Of a DNA stretch of 64,000 nt, positions 62,891 through 64,000 are shown in pieces. The DNA is from an uncultured Hyphomicrobiales bacterium (GTDB taxonomy: Bacteria > Pseudomonadota > Alphaproteobacteria > Rhizobiales > Xanthobacteraceae). The stretch spans positions 7,418 through 71,417 of the forward strand of contig CAYWCE010000004.1 of assembly GCA_964456755.1 (NCBI GenBank), in the 5' to 3' direction. Within the stretch, counting starts at the first letter, position 1, and each line of letters begins with the position of its first letter. The position numbers and the translations under genes were made by a program. Below the pieces are notes generated by a model. That model worked only from the letters and a program-made list of their open reading frames with translations. It made no database searches and was not told the DNA's origin.

Positions 62891-64000
62891 CTATTCCGCC
62901 GCATCCGCAGGCACGACCGGCCGCGGCGCGGCGGCCGCCGCGCTGATTTCGTCCTCCACCGGCGGCGGGTTGCGATTGGGAGCGCCGGCCGCCTCCCCCG
63001 CCAGCGCCAGCTTTTCGCGCGCCTCCTCGGCCTCGCGCTGGCGGTTCCACATACTGGCATAGAGGCCGCCACGCGCCAGCAGCGCCTGGTGCGTACCGCG
63101 TTCGGCGATCACGCCCCTGTCGAGCACGATGATCTCGTCGGCGCCGACGATGGTGGACAGGCGGTGTGCGATCACCAGCGTGGTGCGGTTTTTCGACACG
63201 CGGTCGAGCGCATCCTGGATTTCCTTTTCGGTATGGCTGTCGAGCGCCGAAGTCGCCTCGTCGAGCAGCAGGATCGGCGGCGCCTTCAGGATGGTGCGCG
63301 CGATCGCCACGCGCTGCTTCTCTCCGCCGGAGAGCTTCAGGCCGCGCTCGCCGACTTCGGTTTCGTACCCTTTCGGAGACATGCGGATGAATCCGTCGAT
63401 CTGCGCAAGCTTCGCAGCTTCCTCCACTTCGCCGTCGCTCGCATCCCAGCGCCCGTAGCGGATATTGTATCGGATGGTGTCGTTGAACAGCACGGTATCC
63501 TGCGGCACCATGCCGATCGCCGCGCGCAGCGAGACCTGCGTCACGTCGCGGATGTCCCGGCCGTCGATCAGGATGCGCCCGCCGGTGACGTCGTAGAATC
63601 GGAACAGAAGCCGCGAGATGGTCGACTTGCCGGCGCCCGAGGGCCCGACAATGGCGACGGTACGCCCGGCCGGCACCGCGAAGTCGATGCCCTTCAGGAT
63701 CGGCCGCGCCGGATCATAGGCGAAGGACACATTCTCGAATCGGATATCGCCCGCCGTCACCTGCAGCGGGCTTGCGTCGGACCTGTCCCTGATTTCCGGA
63801 TCGCGGCCGAGAATCGAGAACATGGTCTCGATGTCGGTCACCGCCTGCTTGATCTCGCGGTAGACCATGCCCATGAAATTGAGCGGTTGATAAAGCTGGA
63901 TCATCATGGCGTTGATCATGACGAAATCGCCGACGGTATTGTTGCCGGCGCGGATGCCGTAGGCGCACATCACCATGGTGGCGGCAAGCCCGAAGGTGAA
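62891..64000 (-). CDS. Atm1/ABCB7-type ABC exporter (permease + ATPase), 5' part outside window
   Basis: QLYQPLNFMGMVYREI, GPSGAGKS, VPQDTVLFNDTI, GERGLKLSGGEKQR. Confidence 0.92.
   Translation of the reverse strand, partial: FTFGLAATMVMCAYGIRAGNNTVGDFVMINAMMIQLYQPLNFMGMVYREIKQAVTDIETMFSILGRDPEIRDRSDASPLQVTAGDIRFENVSFAYDPARPILKGIDFAVPAGRTVAIVGPSGAGKSTISRLLFRFYDVTGGRILIDGRDIRDVTQVSLRAAIGMVPQDTVLFNDTIRYNIRYGRWDASDGEVEEAAKLAQIDGFIRMSPKGYETEVGERGLKLSGGEKQRVAIARTILKAPPILLLDEATSALDSHTEKEIQDALDRVSKNRTTLVIAHRLSTIVGADEIIVLDRGVIAERGTHQALLARGGLYASMWNRQREAEEAREKLALAGEAAGAPNRNPPPVEDEISAAAAAPRPVVPADAAE

Overview
High-GC alphaproteobacterial (Hyphomicrobiales-like) chromosomal segment, mostly core or metabolic genes: coxG, pcaBDC, livHMGF-K, ccdA, rpe, purB, a phnDCEE-type ABC transporter, the lipid A very-long-chain fatty acid cluster (acpXL-fabZXL-fabF2XL-fabF1XL-adhA2XL-lpxXL), kup, motAB, mmsA, a TRAP transporter, pssA/psd and an Atm1-type exporter. 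The stand-out is a ~4 kb accessory block (about 11.9-16.0 kb) between livK and ccdA. It holds (i) a ~345-nt multi-stem non-coding element; (ii) the remains of a single-polypeptide type ISP/IIG restriction-modification gene (intact N-terminal PD-(D/E)xK domain, internal deletion with frameshift, mutated MTase motif I, detached C-terminal domain); and (iii) a complete, AT-richer Ec67/Eco2-type retron in place of the missing middle of that gene, with a promoter-like site, an msr-msd RNA bounded by a perfect 13-bp inverted repeat, and a 571-aa RT-TOPRIM fusion. The retron class is known. Its nesting inside an R-M gene, with both R-M fragments left as translatable ORFs, is the most unusual arrangement here. 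All family calls come from motif recognition; no database searches were run.
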